Source of the DNA: Klebsormidium nitens
Taxonomy: Eukaryota > Plantae > Klebsormidiophyceae
NCBI GenBank assembly: GCA_000708835.1
Contig: DF237085.1
Location: 1-64,000, forward strand
DNA length: 64,000 bases
Reading direction: 5' to 3'
Made by a program: the position numbers and the translations under genes. Below are positions 34,001 to 46,800 of the stretch, piece by piece. Every line of letters starts with the position of its first letter. The stretch's first letter is position 1. A model generated the notes under the pieces. It was not told where the DNA came from and searched no databases. It worked only from the letters and a program-made list of their open reading frames with translations.

Positions 34001-36002
34001 TAAATGAAGCGACAGCACCAGAGGCATCCGAAAACTCTGGAATATATACAAACATACGTGCTAATGCAAAAGAACTAGCGCCACTCGTCCTGTGCAGCTT
34101 CTGCCAATGCGGCGACAGCGAGCGGGAAGCTCGCACAAGTCCCGCTTGAAACAGCCGGAACCTGTAACTATAACTGGAAGAGTCTGCTCACCTCATAGAA
34201 CTCCAGGAAGGTCAGCATGACCCGGTAGTCGACGTCCTCGGGCAGGACTTGGCTCAGCGCATGCGGCACGATCCACGTGATCTTCTGGCCCACGACCTCC
34301 GCCTGCAAGCAGACACTCTCAAGAATGTTACAGAAAGTTCCGCTGTTAACCAATGCTGCTACTTAATGCACACTTCCATGCCTAAAGGAAAACCACTTCA
34401 AATGACAGTCGGTTTGATAACCCCAGCCCCTCAACTCCCGAGAGCGCTACTATTTTCGCGAATTTCCAAACAAGAGCGCGAGCTCGGAATAATCACTCCG
34501 CTCGGAAACTGCGTGTGGTATTTTCTGATGGTGGTGGTGTGAATATGCTCACCTGATAGTAGATGCCCTTCACAGAGACGAACGCTTTCCTAAGGGCGTG
34601 CGTCTTGGTGATGTATGCCTGCCACTCCAGGCTCAGCCTGCGAAAGACATGGATAAGTCTCTAGCATTGAAAAGTGCATTTCAAGCAGTTGCAAACTTGC
34701 TAAGACACAGCTCCCTGTCCATTGCCGACAGTTCCTGCCAAACTTTGCCCTGTAGCTCGAAGCTTCTGTCTGAGTCCACATAGCTCCAGGGCCACTGGTG
34801 GCACAATTGGCACAAAGCGCGGGGAATACCGGCGGGCTTTATGGATGATCCAAGGTCAGGTTCAAAAGCATTCCCGGAACTCAATTGCCAATCGATTGCT
34901 CACCTGCGCGCTGTTTGCACCAGGTTGGCTGGAATCCTGTGCTTGCTGTCTGCTGGGAGGGTCGCAAACAGGTGCAGCATTGTCAGCGCATCATCCAAGT
35001 CGCGGAGGGCATCGATGAAAGAAGGGTACCTGCAAAAGATAAACCGACCAACAAATTAGCAAATGTTGCCGAAAACTCAACCCCATTACTCTCCACCCAC
35101 TCCCTAAAGCTTGAGCGCGGCAGGTCAACGCGGCAGTCGAAACCCTAAAACCCCAAACCCTAAAACCACCTGACTTAGAGAGAGGAAAGTAGAATCAAGC
35201 AGGCCAAGTTTGACTGGCAAGACTTGTTACAGCATTCTTCAACAAGAATGTGAGAGCTCACCTTTCTCTGACCAGGTGGTCAAGACTGTACTTTGGGGCA
35301 TTGGCCTTGAGCCGATCTGCCAGCGCCTCGTCAAGCTTGGCCCGCGCCTTCTTGACCTTCTTCTCATGGGCCTTGATATCCCTGTACCAATAAGCAGAAT
35401 TCTCATCAGCAAAGCACAAAAAGTGCTCAGATAAAGTTGGCCCAAACCATTACCAGCTGCGGCAGTAAGTCGTTACCATGTTTGCAGCTGCCATGCTTGC
35501 AGATCCAACGAGATTTCAGCTGTGTTGAATGACCAGTCTGAGAGACGGCCTTGCCTGCTCTTCTGCAGCAGCGGCTCGTGGAGCAGGAAGTTGATGTCCT
35601 TGACATGGTAGTAGGTCTTGTTGTGTCCATGCACTTTCTTCTTCGGCTCGCGGGGGTGGATACCCTTGAGAATGCACAGGCGCCTGAACAAAAAAGACAA
35701 GGTCTTACTGACATCAGTCGTTGTCCAAAGAGCAACGTATGAGCAATGTAAGTGCCAGCGAAGTATCTAAAACCCTAAAATACAAGACGTGCTTAAAAAC
35801 CAATGTTCGGCTTCAATGAGCTTGGCATTCGTATGGTGCCAGGAGCCAAAAATTCCAGACTAATCTCGGCGAAGATACAGGAGACTTGGCACATTTCCCA
35901 CCTGAACTCTGGCAGCTTAATCTGCAACCGAATCAGCGCCTGATTGCGGGTGGTGTAGTTTGCGGCATTGCCTTCCTTGCCTCTCTGCTTCTTCTGCCCC
36001 AT
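31079..36002 (-). CDS. PES1: Pescadillo homolog (PeBoW complex, BRCT domain), multi-exon
   Basis: [91 protein letters not shown]...[37 protein letters not shown], and a Lys-rich last exon 31183-31079. Confidence 0.95.
35140..35167 (+). promoter_or_regulatory. Telo-box / short interstitial telomere-like words (aaaccctaaaa) in a PES1 intron
   Basis: aaaccctaaaaccccaaaccctaaaacc; a further aaaaccctaaaa at 35769-35780 in intron 1. Confidence 0.5.
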
Positions 36003-36395
36003 CTTGCCCCAGATCACAATCAACAAAGGTGGTGGAGCAAAGAGCAGACGTACAAAGGCGCTGCTAGTCACAGACTCACAGAGCTCTGAATCAAGACAAT
36101 GCCAAGCCCTGTCCTGCCCTCCAACCGAAGCTGTGGGATGTCTTCCGAGCTGAGCCCGTGCGTTAACGGTTGCGGTTTGATGAACCCCCGTTACCGTGAC
36201 CGTCCGATCGGCGGGCGGCCATGCCGACCATCAATGCCAATGGCTTGCTGGCTGGTTCGCACTGGTTCGCACCGCTGCAGACCACTGCAGACTGCAGCAA
36301 GCTTCTACAGCAGCAAGTTGTTACCCTTCCATCTTCAGATCTTCTTGAAGAATCTCACAACTTTCTTTGTCAATTGGTGACTTGAGTCATGATTC

Positions 36396-39300
36396 ATGGA
36401 GGGGTCCAGCGACGTTGTGGACACCACCTTTGCGGTTGGCAAGTTTGATTCCCGAAAGGTTTGGAAGATTGTGTATCCCTACCTGTTGAACAGTGACATC
36501 AATTTCGAGGGTCAGTACGGACGCCTCAGATTGGTCCGCGTGGGCCTCCCGAAGATCAACGCCTGTTTGCTCACAGAGCAAAATTGCGTGACCCCGGCGT
36601 CGCTGCGTGCCTGGCTCGGAAGCCGTCCGGTCACTGTGTGCGATTTGGGCACTATTTCTGCTCTGCCGCCGGAAAGGGAGGCGCAGGCGGTGACATTTGG
36701 CTGTGAGCACGGGCTGAGTGCAGCAGTTTTCGAGGAGGTGGATCTGTCAAGCAGCGTGACAGTGGACGCAGCCGCCTGCTCCCTCGTAGCGAATGGGTAC
36801 ACGGTTCGATCGACTGTCTAAGGGCTGGATCGGACAGGGTGTATGGCGTCGAGAAAGTTGTGTTCTCACAACTGACTGCCGAGTCGACAAGCGTAGCAGC
36901 CGGAAGTGCACAGACGGAACCATCGCCAGCACTTGCAGGTGAAGCTTGACATATGCACCGTTGTTAGTGAATGTCAGATTGGTTGTAAAGAGCATGCCGT
37001 CTTGGGGGCTCAAAGTGTGTTTTCTGCCGTAGGAATTACACGATCTGCTGCAGCGTAGTACCGCTATTGCTTGGTGGCCTCCCCTAGCTTCCTTTTTGGT
37101 TTGGAGAAAGAAGATGGATCCTCTTTGCATGTCCCATTCATATGAGCCCTTGAGCAGGTTGGCGCCTGTCAGTACACTTTGAGAAGATTGACTGCTCGCC
37201 AATAGAACCACAAAATTGATTCAAAGCTGATGTTTTCCCTCTCTCGCTGTGGTCACAGAAGTGATTGTGAGAGCTTTGCCGCCACGATTCTCAACCATTA
37301 ACACACCAAGTTTGTTGGGGATTGTCCACTAGTTTGGAATGACAAAGTAAAATGAACCTGGTTAACCCACAGGTACTAGTCAGCTACAGACGCCTGTTGT
37401 TGCAACTGCTCGCCGGAGAGTCTGGGAGGCTCCTGATGGGGTTTTTCAGCGTCAACCGGCGGAGGTCTTCAGAAGCGGAAAAACCGGGAAGGTCGTTTGG
37501 CGGACCCCATCTGCCAAGCCCTTGCTAGTTGGTTCCAGCGCAGTGCTTGTAGCCTACACAGGTTAGCTTGGTTTTTGGGATCTTGAGATTCTGGGAAGGG
37601 GGCCTCCTTGCTTAAAGAATGTGTTGCGGGTGTGGGTTCGACAGCAGTCAGCGTTCTGATTGAATTCTTTTGAACAGCCCATACTGCAAGTCGTGCTTGA
37701 GTGGAGCGCCTCTTTCAATTTGCATCTGACGGCTTTTGTTTGTTTGGGAATGCAAGCATTCTGATATGCAGAGCGTTTCTCCTCGATCCTTTACGCTTTG
37801 AGCAATCCAAGGAGCGGGTTTGACTTGCCTGTCTTGTAGCCTTGGAACCCCCTCTGCTTGTAGATTCTGGTGGTTGTCGTAGTGAATCTGCACCTGAGGC
37901 TTTTTAGGCTATCTCATCTGTTTGCCTGGCCGTCATGGGCCCTCACCACTTCCTGTTGCGGATGATCAACATCGTCCATTTGTTCATCTTCAGCCTGACC
38001 TTTAACTAAACCGTTTACGTACGGGTTGAGGTCTTCTGATGAGCACATCCTTCCAAAAACGGCGATCGATTCTCGTCCGGTTGTTGAACGCGCTGTAGTG
38101 GTACAGTAGCTCCGACGTAGTTGCAAGCGTTCCAGGAAAGTGATTCGATGTTCGGGGTGACACAGCTGCTTGTCCGAAGAGTGTCACCCACTTCTTGACG
38201 ATACTCCCAAAAGTTGCTGCTGTCCAGTCTGATGGCCTCCGCAACAAGTCGTGACACAGGCTGACCTTAAACCTCTTTTCTGTAAACAAATCCGGCGAAG
38301 ATTCTTTTGACCTTTCAGGTTCGCAGGGAACAGGTTCGCAGGAAAGCGCATGCGCCTGTTCAAAACAAATTGCCATGGTCCCCAGATTCAGTTGGAAAGT
38401 TGGTTTGCACTTTTCTTTAGGCCTTAACTTGAGGTCGTATGCCGAAAGTTACCAGCTCGTATTACTTGTGTTGAGTAGTCCCTTCAACGATTCTGGCTAA
38501 TTCTGCGCTCGTGTTCTTCAGGGAAACTCGATGTGGAGTACCTGGCAAGCGTATACAACTGCAGTCTGGAGAACGCGGCCATCATTCTGAGCGTGTTGTC
38601 CACCAAGTATTCCGCGAACGCCCGCAGCGTCTCGCCAATCTCGATCAAGGCCTACGACGAGGACATGCTGCGCTTGGAGGGCAGCATCGTCAGAGGCATG
38701 TCGGGCGGGTTTGTTGCAGATCCCGCGGTAAGTTTGTGGTTAAAAATGCTCTGGGGTCAAACTATAAGTGGCTATTTGGCAGATGCGTTGGCTGGAATCC
38801 TAATGAGAACAGCCGTCTCGAACTTCGCTCACTTGTAACGTGGCCGTTCTGCCAATTTTGTTTCCCTAACAAGAGCGCGAATCCAAATGGTTCCAGTTTT
38901 CTTAGACATCAGATGTACACGTGGCACCACGTGACGTCTAATCTGTCGTGCGATTGGTTGGCCCACACAAGAATTGCAGGCTTGCGAGTTCTTGGCTGAT
39001 CAGACGTTTCCATACCTGCTTGCTAACTACAAGTAGCCTCCAGATCTTGATACTGGATCCTAAAAGCAAACTTGAAGCTTTATTTGCAGGACCCCAGCAA
39101 GGTCCATGCTTATCAGATCAAGAGCCGCAAGCTGGCCGCGCTGAACAATGACCAGGAGGTGACGGCATCGTCGCTTATGAAGCGCTCTTTCGAGGGCGAT
39201 ATGGCTTAGGCTATGCGATGTCAGTCAACTGCCCTTGGTTCGTATGCTCATACTGCGACGTCGTGCTTCCGGAGTTGATGGATGTGGAAGAGAGCGAGTG

Positions 39301-39460
39301 GCCGGCGCCCGACTCCTTCGCAGATCTGAACGACTACTTGCACGTGCATGGGGCGCTCATTGCGAGGGTTGATCACGACACCCAAGAGCAATTTCGGCTA
39401 AAACAGAAAGTAGACGCTTTTGTGAGGCAATACAATGGGCATCCAGTGGTATGGTCATAG
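36396..39460 (+). pseudogene. Probable disrupted trypsin-like serine peptidase gene
   Basis: Segments in order: VTFGCEHGL (ORF 36396..36821, possible His), FDVRGDTA (~38145, possible Asp), RGMSGGFV (exon 38522-38727, GxSGG Ser motif) and GLGYAMSVN (~39210). Splice phases match at 38402/38522. Five in-frame stops lie in ~37960-38260 and a frameshift at ~39120-39160. Confidence 0.4.
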
Positions 39461-40507
39461 GTCTTGTTTGCATGGGACTCGCACAAACAAGCGCCTGGCC
39501 ACTGAAAGAAACTACGTTGCAGAACAGTTGTTACTGAGTTGGAAGCGCTTTTGTCTTGAAGCACATGAACGGGGAACAAGTCAACAAACGTTCACCATGT
39601 AATTGTATGTAATATAAGAAGGAATGCCATGGCTTTTATATGGGTGATGGTTGCCAGGAAATACTCATTGCACCGACACTTGCAAGATATAGCTTGACCC
39701 ATTTTGCAATTGGACCAGTATGATATCTTGAGTACGATATGCAATGTGCACGCACCGTCAATGCGCTCTACTTCATTGATAGTTGGAGGGCATGCGCTCT
39801 AAGATTTCGACTGCATGATTGCATGTAATAAACTACCTAGGCGTCGGTTGCTCGATCCATGGGATCATAGCGCTATATGCCCAATTTCGCATTTGATATT
39901 TTCAGTGCCGGGCCTTTACTAAGGAGGAGTGTACCCTTTTTAGCAAATCGGGCGGGGCGGCTGCGCTGACACCTGCTTAATAACATTAAACTATGCTGCA
40001 TTGTATAGTTTCCATGATTATGGCACCAGAAGTCCATAAACTTGAAAATTCTGGACCATACTCCGCCTCATTCCGTGAATGTGAAGCTTGGTCAGTGGTC
40101 GATAGATCTGCTGCAACCGTCTTGAACCATTAGTGATTTCGTTTTGAGGGTCAGCATGGCACTACATTGAAAAAGTCATCCTGGCAATAAGATCATTATG
40201 TTATCCAGAGGGCTTCCTATATCGCGCGCTCCGCGCTCCTCACTTCGTCTCCTTTCGCTTGCTTCAATATCTTGACCACCACCCATCCCGCGTAATCCAT
40301 CCATCGCAACTCTATTAAACCTTCCAAAGCAATGCTGTACAACTTGTCATGCTGTCCTCAAGGTCGCTCCACTAGTAATTGCATGCGAAAGTGCTAGTGC
40401 CTCTTGAATATAACAGTTTAACCCTCCAGGCTCGTTTCCCCCTGGGCCATGTGGCCCTTGCTGGATACGCGCACGCTCGTCCGCCACCAGCTGCTCTCCC
40501 CGCTGAC

Positions 40508-41377
40508 CTACAACTGCCGCTTAACCCCGCCCTCTAACCCTCTTTTCAAACCCGGGCTCTCGTAGTCCACCAACGGCGACTTTGACAGCCGACGCAGGCT
40601 ATCCTCCGAGTCCGAAGTCGCGTTGCCCCAGTCAGGGGAGACCATAACCTGCTGGTTCGCTAAACTAACCCGCCCCTCCAACCTCGCTGCCGTCGCATGC
40701 AGTCTCGCCGGCATGGTGTGCTCTAACCCAAGCGGGGACCGTTTTGGCGTGCTCGCCTGGCGGGCAGCACGTGACGCTGCCTGCAGCCCCTTAATCGCGT
40801 CCAGCTGCGCATCCCAGTGCGCGCGCGCGCGTTGCTGCTGCTCTAACTTTACTATAACGCCTTCTCCCTTCTCGAACTTCGCTTCTTCCGCGAGAGCCTT
40901 CTCCTGCTACGCCATCCGTTCCAGTTCTTCTCTTAGCGAAGCGAGAGCGCTTCGTACGTCCTCAGCATCGGCCATCTTTCGGACGACGGCCTCCACACGT
41001 GCCCGTCGGCCCTCGCTCGCGCTCGCCGCGCTCGCTAGCGCCCTGGAAAGACTCTCCACGCTAGTTCGCCCCGGGCGCTTGAAGGACCGGAATGACGTCA
41101 GGGACGAGGAGGACGTGTTCCCCCGCATCATCCAATCATCGCGTGACTTTTCGTCCATAAGTGGCGGCGGTTGGAGCTCAGGTGCCGATGCTATGTGTGG
41201 GCGACTCACGGAGTCTACGGACGAGTTGGGAGTTTGCTGGCGAGTGGGCTCGTCACAGAGCGCAGGCGCTGCATCACCTGCAAAAAAGAGAGCATCATCC
41301 GTTGAAGAATCTACGAGGGGATTTAGATGCGATTCACTGGTGTCAAACGAGCGAATTTCCCTTGGATATCGGTTCAC
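40508..41377 (-). pseudogene. Ser-rich/coiled-coil coding segment with one in-frame TAG at 40907-40909
   Basis: ...SLREELERMA*QEKALAEEAKFEKGEG... continues in frame to the end of ORF 40508..40714. It may be the last exon of an unresolved minus-strand gene. Confidence 0.35.
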
Positions 41378-43811
41378 GGATGATTGTTAACTAGTAATAA
41401 TTTGACAATTGCATATCTACACTATCTTGACCCGCGGCTGCAGGATTGGAAGTGTATCAGCCAACGAGTAGAACGGCCACAGATTAGAACACTATAGTGC
41501 TCTTTTGATTACTTCAAGGTGAGAGCCGGGAACCTCTGCCAAGAGGATTCGATCCCTGTACTCAGCGGCGCGCACATGTCATGCTTCCCGACACACCCGA
41601 TGATCAGACTTGGTTCGCCCATGAGGGCGGCCTCTCGCCCTGTCCTAATGATGACCTCGCTGCTGTACGATGAAATCAAAGAGAAGCAATTTTAATTCTG
41701 CATGTTTGTTCGGGCAGATTCTGCGCACGTAGTAAATCTGATGTTCACGCAACCATAGCTGGCCTTGTGACTTTAGCTGACGCAATTGAGCATGAAAAGG
41801 TTTCATGGAGCAAGGTAGATTGGCCAGCTAACTGATTTTTGTCTGTTTCACAAGCTTTGTTGCACTGGAAAGTTCGAGGGCAGACCACATGCATGAAAGA
41901 GAAGACTTGGGGTTTAAAGTAGTCCACTGCTTGAACCAACACCCTTAGATGTGATAGCACGTAAGAACCTTGCAGCTTGAGACTCCCTCTTGGAGCTTCC
42001 AATTTCCCATTGCCAAAAAGATACATCACTTTGACAAGCGCTGTTTGCTGTTTTTTGCGGGGCAATTGCCAGGGACATGTCCTGCTCGAAAGGCACTAAC
42101 TAATATCCTTCTGCACGTGGGTAAAGAGGCAGGAACTTCAGAACTCTAAAAATGTGATGCGTGAAGCAACTACAGATCAGCAGAGTCTCAACAAGTATAT
42201 TGTGGCACTGTGCTTACCTGTGAGTGGCCCCCGCAAAAAGTGAGGCTCAAGGGATGAGAGCTGGACACACACAGAAGGTAGCAGCCTCAAACACTTCTCG
42301 AGGGTTTATGAGAATTAAGTTGTTCAGCAAGCCAGACAAATAAGGTCCAAAGCAGCTGTAGTTTGCAGCACTGTGCTCACTTGTAACTGGGATTTCGCAA
42401 CAGAGTCAGAGGAAGGCTCAGGAGACCAGCGCTGGAAGCCCGCAGGAAGTAGCAGCCTCGAAAGTTTCTTAATGCTTTCTGGAACGGAGATTGTTTAGCT
42501 GTAACTTAGCCAGGCGAACAAGCTCCAAAGCAGCTGACTGAAGCTACAGGCCAGGTAAGTCGAGCTCCAAACCAGCTGAGTCAGCATAGAACAGACAAGG
42601 ACAGCTGCCTGCCCGTAACAGGTTGCCAAGACCTGCCAAGAGGCGCCATTGTCACACAGTGGTGAACCTGCCATGAGGTGCCGCAAGCTAGGCGCCATTG
42701 CGCACTGTCAGTGATGAGGTCGTTGCTAGCTCTCTGATTGTTTGACGAGCTCAGCTCGGGCACGGTCTTCAACGTAGCTCGGTAATGGGCCTTTGGAGGC
42801 AGAACCGGGCCAAGAGCCGTGACGTGATTGCTTCCCCGGTTGCCCGGCGATGGAGCCCGGGCGAAACGACGGAACCAGACCATATACATAAATCAAGATA
42901 ATATGCAGGGGGGCTGACGTGGCAGCCTCTGAGTGGCCCCATTTCAACGACTTTGAACTGCATGGTGCCGCCATTGGCATGGAGCAGAAAGGCGCACTGA
43001 CTCTTGGTATTAGTAGTAGTAGTTGGAGCAGCTAGAACTGGCAAACAAACGTTTCTTGCTGTAGATTAGACGTGACTAGTTTGCTTTTGCCGCGTGGTGT
43101 ACCATACACAGATTGGAGCTGAAGGCAGTGGAAAAGAAGGTGGTCGCCTGCTCGTTTCATCCTGAGAGGGACTGTAAAAGCCCCACAGGAAAATGGAGAC
43201 CGGTTTTACCTCGGGCCTTGCTCTTGTCAGCAGGGGACCAATTGTGGTGAGCAGCATTTTCCAGATCTTGTCTCTTGCTCCATATGTTGGTTCACACCAC
43301 CGCACTTTCAATGATGACACAACTTGCTGATTTGTTTGGCCACCCCACAGAGGTCAAGCAGGAGTGATTCATACTGAAAGTCCTGACGTTGTCTAGGGAA
43401 TGCCTCCCTGCATGAGGCTTGCAGTCTGCAAGAAGTCCAAAATAAATTCATCATTTGGATCCTTAAAAGTACGACTTTCCTAGCTTCTTGACAGATGAAT
43501 AGTAGCACTTTAAAGCGAGAACATCCATCAAAACCTGAACTTGAAGTCAGTGTCACATTCAACTTGCCAGTGACGGTACTAGGAAGACAAGATGGTGGCA
43601 TGCTATAGAATCCGGACATCCGGATAAGCTCAGCTATAAGCTTCAGATGCGCAAGCTGTGCTCCAAAGCTTCAAATGTACACCCTGCATCCCCTGCGTTC
43701 CAGGTCCAGCAGACTGTTCAGGTTGCCATCCTGGAGAATGCAGAATGTTCTGGTGCTGTAAGCTGAGCTTATGAGCTTCAAATGTGAAACTTTCCATCCC
43801 CCAAACTCCAG

Positions 43812-46800
43812 GTCCAGCACGACGGCCACGTCGGCATTCTTGAGAACGGCAGGCTCATGTGCATTGCGGCGCCGTCCACTCTGTCCGACGCCAAGCTCTG
43901 CTACGATGCGCACGCGCCATCTGGCACGCTCTCGTTGGCCACTGGTGCGCTCCCCGAAGGCTGCTGCCTCGAGGAGGATCCCCACGTGTGCCTCGTCCCC
44001 CACACCTGCATGACACCAGACGTGTGCCTGGCCCCTCATGTACACAGTCATGATGAGGGTGGTGGCGTCGCAAGTGAGCTCACGAAGGTGAGGCAAAGTT
44101 ACATGTATCCTGAATGTTCTGCTAGCTCTGAACCTGGATGTAGTGTTAGCCAAGAATCCGGACAACCAGGAGGCACTGTCATATCATATGGGAAGAACCA
44201 GGCACTACTACCATCTGCTTGGAGCTCTGAACCAGGATTCTAGTTCAACAAACCACAAGTGTCTCTTTGATGACCCCTGTCACAGTGTCCGGTGTTGTTT
44301 CTTTGTTCTCTTGTCTAAGCCGGACTTTGTCGGCGACTGACTGTATTTTACTTAAGCAACGGCTGGGATTACGATTGTTCAAGCATTCTTTCCTCGGCCT
44401 GCTGAATCACTGGTCTCCTCCTCCGCTTCAGTTTTTCTATGGAATCCCAGGGCCCTGTTCTGGACACTCCGGGGCATCCTCTCCTTTCTTGTGGATACTT
44501 CCCCAAGTTTCCCCGTTTTAATACATAGAATCTATGATGCGTGCTATCATAAGTTGTCATTCAAGGATTTGTGTATCTCAAGAAGGGAGTGCGAACGAGT
44601 TCTCCTTGTATCTCCCATTTGAAAAGCTAGGTATGCCAGGGTACCTCACAGGGCATGGAAACAGTCTCTCAAAAGTACGCTCAGAGAGATTCCAACATCG
44701 GCAAGGAAAGAGGCCAGGAAGGATCTGCACCACCTTAGTAGGTTGAAGCTTCTTCTTTTGGTATATCGCTGTTTTCCCAAGACTGTTCTCAAATAAGCCC
44801 CTGCTTGCAGCTCCTGGCAACCGCGAGCTGCGCCCTCCCGATGTCCCTTCTCGCCCCCGCCGCCTGCTTCCCCATCCCCTCCACTCAAGACGAGCATGCG
44901 CACCACGATGGGTGCGGCCACGAGCGCATTCCTCACGGCGATCACTACGACTTTCTGGTTCCCCAAGAAGACGGCTCGTATTTGCTCCGCCACGCGCACC
45001 TGGACGCGAAGGGCACCGCGCATTTTGACGATCATGGGAGGCTGGTTCGGGAGCCGGGGATGAGAGCAGCACATGCGGAGGCGCTCGCTCGCAGCAGCAG
45101 CAGCGCGAACATGGTGAGAAACGGTTTATCGCTGTTAAGGCTTGAGGGGTCAAGGAGTTGGCAACCGTTGGACAGCGCTTTGGCTCCTTGGAGACAATCG
45201 TCAATGACCATGACTTCCTGATGAGAGGTGACTTGCGTGCTGTCGGCTTTGAAGGTGATAGAACCGATCATTATTCTTTCTGCACCTGAGCTGAAAACAA
45301 ACGCTCAAAAGACAGAAGGCATCCGCACAGACGTCATCCCGGTTAATCCCCTGCCCTCTGTTTGTCAAATTCACCTCTCAATCCGCCCAGTTTCCCCCAA
45401 CTTCGTGCTCTTCAACTACGACTCTCTTGAGTCTCCCACTACATATCAAGTTCTCTTTTTTGCTCTGCAGCCCAGCAGCCCCAGCACAGGCCTCCGCCGC
45501 CGCCGCAAGCTGCTCGACATCTTCAGCTACGAGAGCCCTCAGCGGGGGGGCTACCATGCGCTCTCTATCGAGCCTGCCGACGACAACCCCCCAGACGAAA
45601 CCGAACCGCCTCTGGGACCCATCCAACTCTCCCCGCGCCCAACACCCCCCCAGTCCGAAATCCTCGCCAGCATCCCCTCGAAACGTCCCCCTCAGGAGAT
45701 CGAGGAAGCGGTCAGCGTCGCGGTGGGGGGGCCGTCCGCAGTGCAAAAGACGGTTCTCGACGTCCTCGGCATCTGCTGCCCGTCCGAGGTCCCGCTGATT
45801 CACCGGATCCTGGAACCGCTCCCCGGGGTTTTGGAGGTTTCCGTCAACGTCCCTGCGAAAACCACGACGGTATTGTTCGATCCTGCGTTGGCGACGGAGC
45901 TCCAGCTCGTCAAAGCACTGAACGAGGCGCGGCTGGACGCGCGTCTCCATTCCCGGGGGCAGGTTCGCCCCCTGCAGCGGTACCCCCGCTGGAACGTCAT
46001 TCTCTGCGGGGTGCTGCTCGCAGTCTCGTTCGTTAAGTACGCGTTTCCCCCCATAAAGTGGGTCGCGCTCGGGGCGGTCGCGCTCGGGCTCCCGCCCATT
46101 CTGCTGAAGAGTCTAGCGGCGCTGAGGAACTTCGTGCTGGACATCAATGCGCTGATGACGATCGCGGTTGGAGGGGCGCTCGCGCTCGGGGACTTTGAGG
46201 AGGCGGCGTCGGTGGTGTTCCTGTTTGCGATCGCGGACTGGCTCGAGGGGCGGACCTCCGAACGGGTAAGGAAGTAGCGCACTTCGAATTCCTATAGCGG
46301 TTTGATGGAATGGTATGAGCGAGCGGTCTGGTGGGTTGTTTTCCGGCAAAGTTTTTGGTGTTGCTTTTGGCAGCAAACGCTTGTCGGATTGCCCACGCTG
46401 TGCCGGTCATTTATGGAGCCAGTTCCCAATACATAAGCCGGCGAAATCCTTCAGATATGCATACCAGGCAATGCGTATCATCTCTCTGTCGCTGAATGAT
46501 GTTTGCAGCGACAAGATCGGATGTCAAGTCTGTAAGGCAGTGTTCCATTTCTTCTTTCGGGCCCGCCCCGAACGATAACCACCAACTATGTAGGTGTTCC
46601 GCCTAAAATACTTCGAGGCTGTTCTTTGAAGCTAGACCGTAATTTGAGATCTGGATTCTTTCTCTTGCAGGCCCGCTGTGCGCTCGAGGCTGTTCTCTCG
46701 CTCGCCCCTGACACCGCCGTCCTCGCGGACACCGGACAGCGCGTGCCCACCTCGGACGTCCCCGTCGGCTCTCTCCTCTCCGTCCGTGCCGGCGAGATGA

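Noticed and set aside
37960-38260. U-to-C RNA editing restoring the stop codons
   Set aside because: This is known from plant organelles, not nuclear intron-containing genes, and every stop codon is trivially one change from CAA, CAG or CGA.
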